This document shows positions 18,901 to 25,941 of a DNA stretch of 44,989 nucleotides, piece after piece. The notes beneath the pieces were generated by a model that worked only from the letters and a program-made list of their open reading frames with translations, did no database searches and was not told the origin of the DNA. A program made the translations under genes and the position numbers. Origin of the DNA: Verrucomicrobiia bacterium. Lineage in GTDB: Bacteria; Verrucomicrobiota; Verrucomicrobiia; Chthoniobacterales; Terrimicrobiaceae. Each line of letters opens with the position of its first letter. Position 1 is the stretch's first letter. The stretch spans positions 1 through 44,989 of the forward strand of contig JBAXTX010000001.1 of the NCBI GenBank assembly GCA_037129975.1, read 5' to 3'.

Positions 18901-19471
18901 TCAGATCTACGCAGTTGCGATAGTCAGCCCGCGATCCGACCAGAAGCTTGTCAAAGTTCAGCAAGGGATTGCTAAACGCGAGCCGCCGGCGCAGCGCGCA
19001 GACCTGGCGATAGAGATCCTTGCGGGCGCCGGGGTCGGACGCCGCGGCGGTTTGTCGTTCGATGCTGGCTAATTGCTCCTGGTAGTCGCCGGAATTTCCC
19101 TTCCATCCCGGCATCGTCGTCAAATAACCCAGCAACGCCTTGGTACGGCGCAATACGATAGCGAGCGGATCCTTATCCGCCTTGTGGTAGAACGCCTGCA
19201 GGTCGAGCGCATGAGCCTTGTCGTCGTTACCGATCCCCCGGGCGGCGAGATCGGGGTCCTTCTTCAGCCAGCTCAGGTCCTTCGGTTTATACAAGAAGCC
19301 GTCCCTCGCGATGATCTCCTGCATCTCGGCGTAATGGCGGTCCCACTCCGCCAGCACGCTGGCGCGAAATTCGTTGCTCCCGGCATGTGGCTCATCGTCC
19401 GCCGCAAATCCCGCGCCACCCAGCATTGCCAGAGCCAACACCACCAGCATTGCGGTCTTGCGCTTGTTCAT
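15938..19471 (-). CDS. HzsA-related secreted protein: helical N-region + TolB/PD40-like beta-propeller + two c-type haem motifs + FN3 + F5/8-type-C (discoidin) domain
   Basis: 1177 aa with signal MNKRKTAMLVVLALAMLGGAGFA. Propeller segments include DPCYLPSGRIAFTS and DSDGKIVFTRWEY. The CxxCH motifs are CQGCHENKW and CQPCHVKEAG. The FN3-like part is VRIELSWEPVIDRESGTGCYVIYRDGK...YEVAAIDRNGNEG. The discoidin-like tail is WWLSKKGEVSGAWLQFDLGRVLPLAGLRIWN...YVKIKVISNYGGDAVGLSKVKF. It is colinear with the paralog at 41335-44466. Confidence 0.6.
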   Translation of the reverse strand: MNKRKTAMLVVLALAMLGGAGFAADDEPHAGSNEFRASVLAEWDRHYAEMQEIIARDGFLYKPKDLSWLKKDPDLAARGIGNDDKAHALDLQAFYHKADKDPLAIVLRRTKALLGYLTTMPGWKGNSGDYQEQLASIERQTAAASDPGARKDLYRQVCALRRRLAFSNPLLNFDKLLVGSRADYRNCVDLNWMAGKGVWVVQDPFGAAPKVENIFAGKTIARGRYAGKLLAPPATGPLLQAGAFSSLELSFDGKKILFAWSPMLPHGIYLRSHPSAIWDSDGVWHLFEANVDGSNCVQLTDGPFADMDPCYLPSGRIAFTSFRRSPDKTSMLLRCGHQYPAVYTLHSCAADGSDIVTMSYHDLPEYSPSVDSDGKIVFTRWEYYDKASHWTGNLWTTYPDGRDPRAPHGNYPFPHQTFDRTLPNGKGLGVGNPFMEQGIRAVPGFPGLYTATASTIHGGERGSLVLINLKKEDDFGMGQVSRLTPELFFPESECNSMSYGLGDADTCEPFGVGSDKVYGYCWPLHRDFYLCAYGPDIFYLDRFGNRELIVARCEVPGAAGGLCDPIPLRPRLKPPEIPVQTYEGARHAMPHPPATIKIMNIYDADLPWPPEVAAGLKKIKWLRVLQFFPKNEDDQGPFYTHGHGAMGYAANAGYDNGVNNCRMPLGIVPVDDDGSAYFFAPIHKDIYFQALDENGMAVQSMRSATHVQAGEQLTCQGCHENKWRAPRLTRRPTAFTREPSLLKPEVSDGDIPFNYHRLVKPVFDNTCQPCHVKEAGQNAKTGPKNMDYAALRPYAFWFEASRAVGGVACAGSRTIPGHFGALASKMGQALLSPTHQAARKAGVISDEDFRRVVLWLDCNSAQFGTVFSKKQVAAQTRGEEVFPMVDFQPWNPLGLEIYREDKTPPPAVSSLRATSPSNGPVRIELSWEPVIDRESGTGCYVIYRDGKRFTWAMTPAFADHDTLQGETHVYEVAAIDRNGNEGPKSSSVSAICDWNAATPHLLEWDPDNMKATVSSDYRNSCNNMLNGGGLSDDGERHTNQGHWWLSKKGEVSGAWLQFDLGRVLPLAGLRIWNLNQQAIAASSFFKGTPPLGAPGDLSTKCGIKQAELQFSADGTTWNSLPESLVFPEADGMDTYKGFEHRFANVLSARYVKIKVISNYGGDAVGLSKVKFIYGRRQ

Positions 19472-20265
19472 AGCGACTCCTTGGATTCATGTCCCATAAT
19501 TTTGGAAATCTCCTTGCCGGCATTCACGATTTTGGGGCCTAGCTCGTGAAGCAATCCCTCCGATGTAAAATGGTAGGTCAAAACGGACTGCCCCAGCGTT
19601 GCCACGACCTCGCCTTTATAATCGAAAACCGGCACGGCAAAACATACACACCCGTCGAGGCATTCCTCCAGATCGGTTGCATAACCCAGTTTGCGGACTT
19701 GCCGTAAATGGCGGCGAAGTTTTTCTCCACCGCAGATGGTCCGGCGTGTGAACCGTTCCAATCCCCCGGCCAGCAACCGTTGCAAAAGCGGTTCGCCGGC
19801 ATGGGCCAACATGATTTTTCCAGGCGCCGAACAGTGAAGCACCTTGTATCGGCCACCCACGCGCGAGGCTATTTTAACATCCGTGGTTGCTTCGAGATAC
19901 TCCAAATGAAGAACCTGATCGTCATCCAAAACGCTGAGGTAGGTACTCTGCCCGGTTTCCCGCCATAATGCGCGCAACGGTCCTTCGGCGGCCACACGGA
20001 CATTCATGCGGCTGACGGGTTTGCTGGTATGATGAAACGCGCGCAGCGTCATGGCATATTTGGGGGCATCCGGTTGACGGACAACCCACCCCTGCTTTTC
20101 CAGGCTGCTGAGCAGGCGGAATGTCGTGTGCTTGTTCACGCCAATCTGCTGGGCAATCTCAGAAATCCCCAACGCGTTCTCACTGGCACACAGGAGCTCC
20201 ATCAGACGCACGGCCTGTTCCACCGCCGGCGCCCCATAGGTTCGACCTTTTTTGGGAATATTCAT
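19468..20265 (-). CDS. IclR-family transcriptional regulator
   Basis: 265 aa. The N-terminal wHTH is VEQAVRLMELLCASENALGISEIAQQIGVNKHTTFRLLSSLEKQGWVVRQ, followed by a C-terminal IclR effector-type domain. Its stop overlaps the next start (ATGA at 19468-19471). Confidence 0.85.
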   Translation of the reverse strand: MNIPKKGRTYGAPAVEQAVRLMELLCASENALGISEIAQQIGVNKHTTFRLLSSLEKQGWVVRQPDAPKYAMTLRAFHHTSKPVSRMNVRVAAEGPLRALWRETGQSTYLSVLDDDQVLHLEYLEATTDVKIASRVGGRYKVLHCSAPGKIMLAHAGEPLLQRLLAGGLERFTRRTICGGEKLRRHLRQVRKLGYATDLEECLDGCVCFAVPVFDYKGEVVATLGQSVLTYHFTSEGLLHELGPKIVNAGKEISKIMGHESKESL

Positions 20266-20306
20266 ATACGTAACGACGGACTACATGTGAAACGCTCTCG
20301 TGTCAA

Positions 20307-20316
20307 GGGCAAATGC
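20307..20316. repeat. left copy of the target-site duplication flanking the IS (GGGCAAATGC)
   Basis: This 10-mer is identical to 22220-22229 and directly abuts the terminal inverted repeats. If the adjacent C/G pair belongs to the IR, the TSD is 8 bp (GGCAAATG). Confidence 0.8.
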
Positions 20317-22219
20317 CAGGGCGTTTGGTTTGAAGCCAACGGAAGCAGATAGAGAAAGGGGAAAAGAAAAGGCTAGACAAAAGGGCACCGAAAAGCTGAA
20401 CTACGGTGGTGAAAAAGAAGACACCACAAAAAGTCGGCGTCATTGCCGGGGTTGAGGGGAAATGGGAAGTGAAGGTGGCGCATTCGGCGCAGGACTGGCG
20501 ACGGGCGAAGGAAGCCCTCGGGCGGGAGCACGGTTTAGGGGCCGGGAGCGAGGCCGGAGACCGGCTCTGTCAGCTGGTGATGGAGGAAGGGAGGCTTGCC
20601 GGGGTTCTGGTGTGGTGCGCGGCGGCGTGGCATTTGAAAGATCGCGACGAAGCGGTGGGGTGGGATGCGGTGACGCGCTCGGAGCGGCTCAAGTTGGTGG
20701 TGCAACTGCGACGCTTCCTGGTTTTGGAAGAGGCACGGCGGCCGAATCTGGCCAGCCAATGTCTTGGGGCCGGGATGCGCGAACTGGTTGCCCAGTGGGA
20801 AAGCGAGCACGGCTACCGTCCGCTTTTGGCGGAAAGCTTCAGCGATCCGGAAAGTCACGCGGGCACCGTTTACAAAGCGACGAACTGGACGCAGGCCGGG
20901 ACGACGAGGGGGTTTTCCCAAGACCACACCGATTATTACATCCCCAACGGGAGGCCGAAGAAGTTGTGGCTCAAAGAACTCGCGCCACGCGCCTACGAGT
21001 TGATGAGTGCGCGCGAGTTGCCCGAGGCCTGCAAGGGGGCGTTGGTGACTCGCGGGGGAGCCCGCAGCCCGCTCAAGAACGCGGGGCTCAAAAGCCTGCG
21101 CGACGCGCTGGCTGAAGTGCCCGATCCTCGTCACCCCAAGAGCCGCCGCCACCCCCTGCCAGCGATGCTCGCCCTGATCGCGCTCGGCTTGCTGATGGGA
21201 GCGCGCGACGTGCTGGATATTTGGAGGAAGGTCGCCTGCCTGTCCCAGAGCCAGAGAGAGGCCATCGGCCTGCGAGTGCGCGACAAGCAGACCAAGCGAC
21301 TCAAGATGCCTGGCTACGACGCGCTCAATGATCTTCTGGCCGCCGTGGAACCCACCGCCTACGCCCGCGCACTCACGGCATGGTTGCAGGCCAACGCGGG
21401 TGTGCTTCCCCGCAGTCTGGCCCTCGACGGCAAAAGCGTGGGAGACGGACGCTGCGGCATGATCGTCACTCTTTGCCGTCACGAGGACGGACGTCCCGTG
21501 GCCATGATCCCGGCCAGCGGGAAAAAAGAGGACTGTGAAGTCTCCGAGGCCCGCGCCCTGCTCTCCGATGCCCAGGTGGAACTGGTCAATGCGCTGGTGA
21601 CGGCTGATCCCCTTCACAACAAGGAGGCCACCGTGCGGGTCATCTTGGAAAAAGGTGGCGACTACCTCATCGGCACAAAACAAAATACTTCCAAGCGACT
21701 GGAGGGAGCCACCCGCGCCCTTGAGGGCTCCCCTTTTTTGACCTGAGTTGCGAAGGCGATCACGGCCGCATCGACTCCCGCAAAGCCGCTGTGGAGGCCA
21801 TCTCCCCGGTCTCGGCCGGACTGCCCGGTGCCCGTTCCGCCGTGACCGTGCAGCGCGACTGGAGCGAAAAGAAAGAACCTCAAACCCTCAAAAGCCATAC
21901 CCGCGTCTTCCTCTCCAGCCTGCGCACGGAAGAAAAAGCCCGTTCCACAAAGGCCGCCCGCGAACACTGGAGCATCGAGAATCGCAACCACCACAAACGC
22001 GACGCCTCCGCCTGGCAAGAAGACCGGCACCGGCATCGAAGACCCAATGCCGCTCTGAACCTGGCACTCACGCGCAACGCCCTGCTTGCCATCATTCCCT
22101 TCCAGCAGGGCGAGCCCCTCGCCCACTTCTTCGAGCTTTACCACCGCCACCCGGCCCAAGCCCTCAACCTTATCCTTCAAGCCCGCCCCGTCTTATGATT
22201 CCTCCAGCCAAACGCCCTG
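20317..22219 (+). mobile_element. ISAs1-family insertion sequence (1903 bp) with terminal inverted repeats and a TSD
   Basis: IRL at 20317 is CAGGGCGTTTGG. IRR at 22208-22219 is CCAAACGCCCTG, its exact reverse complement (12/12, then 4 of the next 7). The ends start CAGGG, as I recall for the ISAs1 family. The element contains one transposase reading frame at 20406-22198. Confidence 0.8.
20406..22198 (+). pseudogene. DUF4338-domain::ISAs1-family DDE transposase, split by a -1 frame change at 21734-21740 (597 codons if fused)
   Basis: The N-terminal about 200 aa show the DUF4338 pattern (HGYRPLLAESFSDPESHAGTVYKATNWTQAGTTRGFS...RPKKLWLKEL). Next comes the ISAs1 N-domain (VPDPRHPKSRRHPLPAMLALIALGLLMGARD) and the DDE core (LALDGKS..., VTADPLHNKEAT...GGDYLIGTKQN). 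Frame 0 stops at 21744-46. The -1 frame continues DLSCEGDHGRIDSRK...AAREHWSIENRNHHKRDASAWQEDRHRHR...NLALTRNALLAI, the typical ISAs1 C-terminus. Confidence 0.75.
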
Positions 22220-22229
22220 GGGCAAATGC
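22220..22229. repeat. right copy of the target-site duplication (GGGCAAATGC)
   Basis: Identical to 20307-20316 and immediately outside IRR. Confidence 0.8.
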
Positions 22230-22531
22230 GGAAACCTTCCCTTTTTTCTTTAGCCAGCCTGCCGCGATTGTCGCAAAGCGGCCTTGGAGTGCGCGAGTTT
22301 GACCTGCTCTTTACCCGATCGCCACCTTTGACAACCGCACGCCGCCATCGCCCGATAATGTCCAGTCCTTGTCCGAGGCTGACCGATCTCTCCGCAATGC
22401 GTCCGGGGCATACCGGTACGCGGCCAAGGGATTCTGCGCCGCCGAACCAACCGTCCCGCCCAATTCGAGGGTGCAACATCTCCTGGATTTTTCCTTGCCT
22501 TCACGTCTAATTCGGTCTAGTCTTAGGCCGT

Positions 22532-24205
22532 ATGGAATCGATCTGCCCCCGGAGGAATCATTTCCTTGTGGTTTTGGTAGCGGTCCTGTTGCTTTGGTGT
22601 CCCGAGGAGTCGCACGCGGTGCCGCCCGACAAGCCCAACATCATCGTCGTCCTGGCCGACGATCTCGGCTACGGGGATGTCCATTGCTTTGATCCTGATC
22701 ACGCCAAAATCTCGACGCCCAATATTGATCGGCTGGCCGAACAGGGGGAGCGGTTCACCGATGCCCATGCTGGCACGTCGGTTTGTACTCCTTCCCGCTA
22801 CGCGGTTCTTACCGGCCGGTTCTGCTGGCGGTCGCGTTTGCAGGTTCATGTGGTGGGGCACTACGGTACGCCGGTGATTGCCCCAGACCGGCTGACCCTG
22901 CCGAAAATGTTGCAACAGCAAGGCTACGTGACCGCCTGCATTGGCAAGTGGCACTTGGGATGGGACTGGCCGCTCCGCCGGAAGGATGGCTCGATAGCCC
23001 GCGCCCCGGCCGACAAGTATGTCCATACGCGGGAAAGTGAAGGGGAGCCGATCTTCGAAATGCCCATCGAGCAAGGGCCGATCACCCGCGGATTTGGCTA
23101 TTATTTTGGTGTCGATGTCCCGAATTTCCCACCCTTCACCTTCATAGAAAATGACCGGATGGCTATTAATCCCACCGATCGCATCATGATCGGGACGGGC
23201 AAGCCCGGAGAGCTGGTGCCTGCTCCGATTGCGCCCGGCTGGAAGTACGAAAACATTTTGCCGAAGATTGTGGAGAAGACGGAAGGCTATCTGGCCGAAC
23301 GGGCGAAAGACAAAAAGCCCTTCTTTCTTTACATGACGCTGACCTCTCCGCACGAGCCGGTTGCGCCATCGGCGGAGTTTAAAGGCAAAAGCGGCATCAG
23401 CCCGGTGGCCGACTTCATCATGCAGACCGATGCGGCCTTAGGCCGGGTGATGACGGCATTGGACAAGCACGGCCTTGCTGAAAATACGCTGCTGATATTT
23501 ACTTCCGATAACGGCCATGCGGCCTACACGGGATTGGCTCCGCTTTACAAGGTGGGCCACCGCGTCAACGGTCCGTATCGGGGCTATAAGTGCAACATCT
23601 CCGATGGCGGACAGCGCGTGCCATTGGTGGTGCGGTGGCCTGGGGTTACACCGGCTGGCTCCGTCAACAGCCAGCTGATTTGCTTGAGCGATCTGATGCG
23701 CACCTGCGCCGACCTTTTGCAGGTTAAGCTGCCAGACAATTCTGCCGAAGACAGCGTAAGCATCCTGCCCTTGCTCCGCGGCCAAGACCGTCCGGTGCGC
23801 GAGGATTTGGTGCTTCAGCCTATTAGCTCGAGCTATTTGGCGATTCGCCAAGGGCCTTGGAAACTGGCTCTTTGTGCGGGTGACGCCGTCTGGGGTGGCG
23901 TCTGCACGGAAAAGGGAGTGCCCCACGACCTCGGCGAGGATGAGGCCCGCAAGCTCGGGCTGCCGCCTATCCAGCTTTACAATATGGCGGACGACCCCGG
24001 CGAGACCATGAATCTTCAAGCGGTGCATCCGGAAATTGTGCGTAAACTCCATGCCCGGCTCCAAAAATACGTTTCCGAAGGGCGCAGCACCCCCGGTGCT
24101 CCCCAAGCCAATGATATGTCCGTACCGATGCCTCCCCTTCCGCCGCTTCCCAAAGAAGGCAATCCTTCTGGTGGGGTGCCTTGGCCAATTCAGTGGCCGA
24201 AGTAA
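22532..24205 (+). CDS. secreted arylsulfatase-type sulfatase (formylglycine-dependent)
   Basis: 557 aa with a signal peptide. Motifs are [16 protein letters not shown] and the FGly motif SVCTPSRYAVLTGR. The C-terminus LYNMADDPGETMNL is typical of family S1 sulfatases. Confidence 0.9.
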   Translation: MESICPRRNHFLVVLVAVLLLWCPEESHAVPPDKPNIIVVLADDLGYGDVHCFDPDHAKISTPNIDRLAEQGERFTDAHAGTSVCTPSRYAVLTGRFCWRSRLQVHVVGHYGTPVIAPDRLTLPKMLQQQGYVTACIGKWHLGWDWPLRRKDGSIARAPADKYVHTRESEGEPIFEMPIEQGPITRGFGYYFGVDVPNFPPFTFIENDRMAINPTDRIMIGTGKPGELVPAPIAPGWKYENILPKIVEKTEGYLAERAKDKKPFFLYMTLTSPHEPVAPSAEFKGKSGISPVADFIMQTDAALGRVMTALDKHGLAENTLLIFTSDNGHAAYTGLAPLYKVGHRVNGPYRGYKCNISDGGQRVPLVVRWPGVTPAGSVNSQLICLSDLMRTCADLLQVKLPDNSAEDSVSILPLLRGQDRPVREDLVLQPISSSYLAIRQGPWKLALCAGDAVWGGVCTEKGVPHDLGEDEARKLGLPPIQLYNMADDPGETMNLQAVHPEIVRKLHARLQKYVSEGRSTPGAPQANDMSVPMPPLPPLPKEGNPSGGVPWPIQWPK

Positions 24206-24275
24206 GCGCTGACCTCAAACAAGGGGAACGTGTTTCCAGCCAACAAGATTCAACCGAAAAATGAAAACAATGAAA

Positions 24276-24407
24276 CGAAAGTCCGTTGCGGCCCGGCGGG
24301 GTCGCGCCACGAAGTGCCGGGCGCGGACCGCGATGGAGTCGCAACGTGTCACACACGGCATTGAGACTGATCGGGTGAGTCAACTGCGCGCAGAGCATCA
24401 GGACCAC
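24276..24407 (-). pseudogene. possible IS4/IS5-superfamily (DUF4372-type) transposase N-terminal fragment
   Basis: VVLMLCAQLTHPISLNAVCDTLRLHRGPRPALRGATPPGRNGLS resembles the conserved f..ml.aQl....SLr.i...l.....L...G......StLs block. It is truncated on both sides. This is a weak, motif-only call. Confidence 0.3.
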
Positions 24408-24498
24408 ATATTTTCAGCTGTTTCTATGGGACGGATGTGAATACAAAACAATGATCATGCTAACAAAACACGCTGTCGGAATGAGAGAATAAGCGCGG

Positions 24499-24701
24499 AT
24501 GACCACCGCGGAGATGCGGGACACATTCCTGTTGACCGCCTCTTTATCGGGGGAGAGTTGCCGCTTTGTTATTGGGAAACGGATCGCGCCGTCATCGGCA
24601 CGGCGGTCCCGCTCAAAGTGCCGCTGCGTCTGGAAACGGCATCGGAACTGGCGGCGGACTTTTTCTGCCAGCGGAGGGAACTCGGAGTGGTTGTCCTATA
24701 A
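24499..24701 (+). pseudogene. kduI: kduI (5-dehydro-4-deoxy-D-glucuronate isomerase) 5' remnant, frameshifted and truncated
   Basis: Frame 1 reads MTTAEMRDTFLL. After a shift near 24530, the next frame reads DRLFIGGELPLCYWETDRAVIGTAVPLKVPLRLETASELAADFFCQRRELGVVVL*. This parallels E. coli KduI as I recall it (...[34 protein letters not shown]...YFLERRELGVINIG). The remaining about 200 codons are absent. Confidence 0.5.
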
Positions 24702-24708
24702 CCCCGGC

Positions 24709-25941
24709 CTATGGGGCCACGTTCAGGCAAAGCAGCGACTTCTTGTTACGAAACAAAAGTTTGCCATCCGCAACGATCGGCAGGTTCCAGGCAGGCGTCG
24801 GCTTTTCCGATTTGATGCAACCAAGTTCGCGGTAGGCCTCGCTGGTCGCTTCGACAAGGACAATGTCTCCCGTATTCCCATTGAGCACGATTAGCGTGTC
24901 CCCCACGGCGCCTAAAGGCCCGAAACCAAATCCCGGTTGCTTCCACTTTGTCGCCCCGGTCATGGCATCAAGACACACAAGATGCCCGGGCGGCTGAGGT
25001 TCACTGACCCCATAGATAAACCCGTTGATATGCACGGGGCTGGTAAAACGCGCTTGAAGATCCTTTGTTTTCCATACAATTGACGGCTTGTTGTCCGTGA
25101 TATCCACCAGCCCGGCCCCCACCCGCCAGGCGCTGGTGATAAAAATCTGTTTCCCGATCACAATCGGCGTGGCCGCATTCTGGTTGTGGGGGGTAATCCA
25201 AGGCTGCGTCCAAAGGCGGCGACCATCGCGGGGATTAAATCCAATCAACCCTTCGCTGTTGAATGCCACCAACTGCCGGTTTGTGCCGTCGCCATAAAAA
25301 ATCGGGGAAGCATAACCGGCCGGCCCCCCGGGCGCTTTCCAACAGAGAGCGCCTGTATTCTTGTCGAGGGCCACCACGGAGGCATCCGGCCCTCCCGGCA
25401 CAATGTACACGTGTTGCGCATCCACCAGAGGCGAGGCGGTATGCGCCAACGGCTTCTCGGCGGGGCAGGCAGAAAAATCGCGGGAGGCATCACGCGTCCA
25501 GATGGTTTTGCCGGTGGCGGCATCAAGGCAACTCACCTGCATGGAGTGGCTGACGCAATACAGTTTCCCATCGTCGAGCGCGGGGGTCTGGGCCGTATAG
25601 CCATATTTATCCTGGCTGGGCCCGGTAAGCGGCGTATTCCAGATGGCCCGTCCGGTTTCCAAATCCAGGGCCCGCACAAGATCCGGACTTTCTTTCGTGC
25701 CCTCATGGTCCAACAAAAACACACGGCCATCCCCCACGCACGGATTGCCCCAACCCTCGTCGCCCAAGGGATAGGACCAGAGCAGCACCGGCGGCTTGGC
25801 TTTCCAGTCCCGGTTGATCACGGTGTCGGACGAAGTCCCGTCGCCGTGGGGGCCGCGGTATTGCTTCCAATCATTCGCCAAGGCGAACGTCGAACCCAGC
25901 AACCACCCTGCGCTCAAAATCATCAAAATCCGAAGAATCAT
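24709..25941 (-). CDS. secreted PQQ-like (BamB-type) beta-propeller repeat protein
   Basis: The likely start is ATG 25941 (MILRILMILSAGWLLGSTFALANDWKQYRGPHGDG). PQQ-repeat motifs recur: ALDLETGRAIW, CLDAATGKTIW, ALDKNTGALCW, CLDAMTGATKW. The 89 codons upstream in the track ORF look non-coding. Confidence 0.75.
   Translation of the reverse strand: MILRILMILSAGWLLGSTFALANDWKQYRGPHGDGTSSDTVINRDWKAKPPVLLWSYPLGDEGWGNPCVGDGRVFLLDHEGTKESPDLVRALDLETGRAIWNTPLTGPSQDKYGYTAQTPALDDGKLYCVSHSMQVSCLDAATGKTIWTRDASRDFSACPAEKPLAHTASPLVDAQHVYIVPGGPDASVVALDKNTGALCWKAPGGPAGYASPIFYGDGTNRQLVAFNSEGLIGFNPRDGRRLWTQPWITPHNQNAATPIVIGKQIFITSAWRVGAGLVDITDNKPSIVWKTKDLQARFTSPVHINGFIYGVSEPQPPGHLVCLDAMTGATKWKQPGFGFGPLGAVGDTLIVLNGNTGDIVLVEATSEAYRELGCIKSEKPTPAWNLPIVADGKLLFRNKKSLLCLNVAP

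Noticed and set aside
20350-20375. Purine-rich tract inside the IS left end (AGAGAAAGGGGAAAAGAAAAGG) and pyrimidine-rich tract outside the right end (22237-22252, CCTTCCCTTTTTTCTT) as possible extended inverted repeats
   Set aside because: Their order and orientation do not fit nested terminal repeats: one is inside and one outside the TSD, and they are complementary without proper reversal. They are just homopurine and homopyrimidine runs.
20535-21683. 382-aa minus-strand ORF inside the IS
   Set aside because: It is antisense to the transposase, which shows clear ISAs1/DUF4338 similarity. No motifs are present.
24709-25941. DAMTGAT in the PQQ-propeller protein matches the Dxx(S/T)GA(T/S) ApbE flavinylation motif
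   Set aside because: The match sits in the recurring PQQ-repeat consensus (a.D..tG...W), which occurs four times in this protein with other residues at those positions. The context is a propeller blade, not an FMN-binding domain, so it is most likely coincidence.
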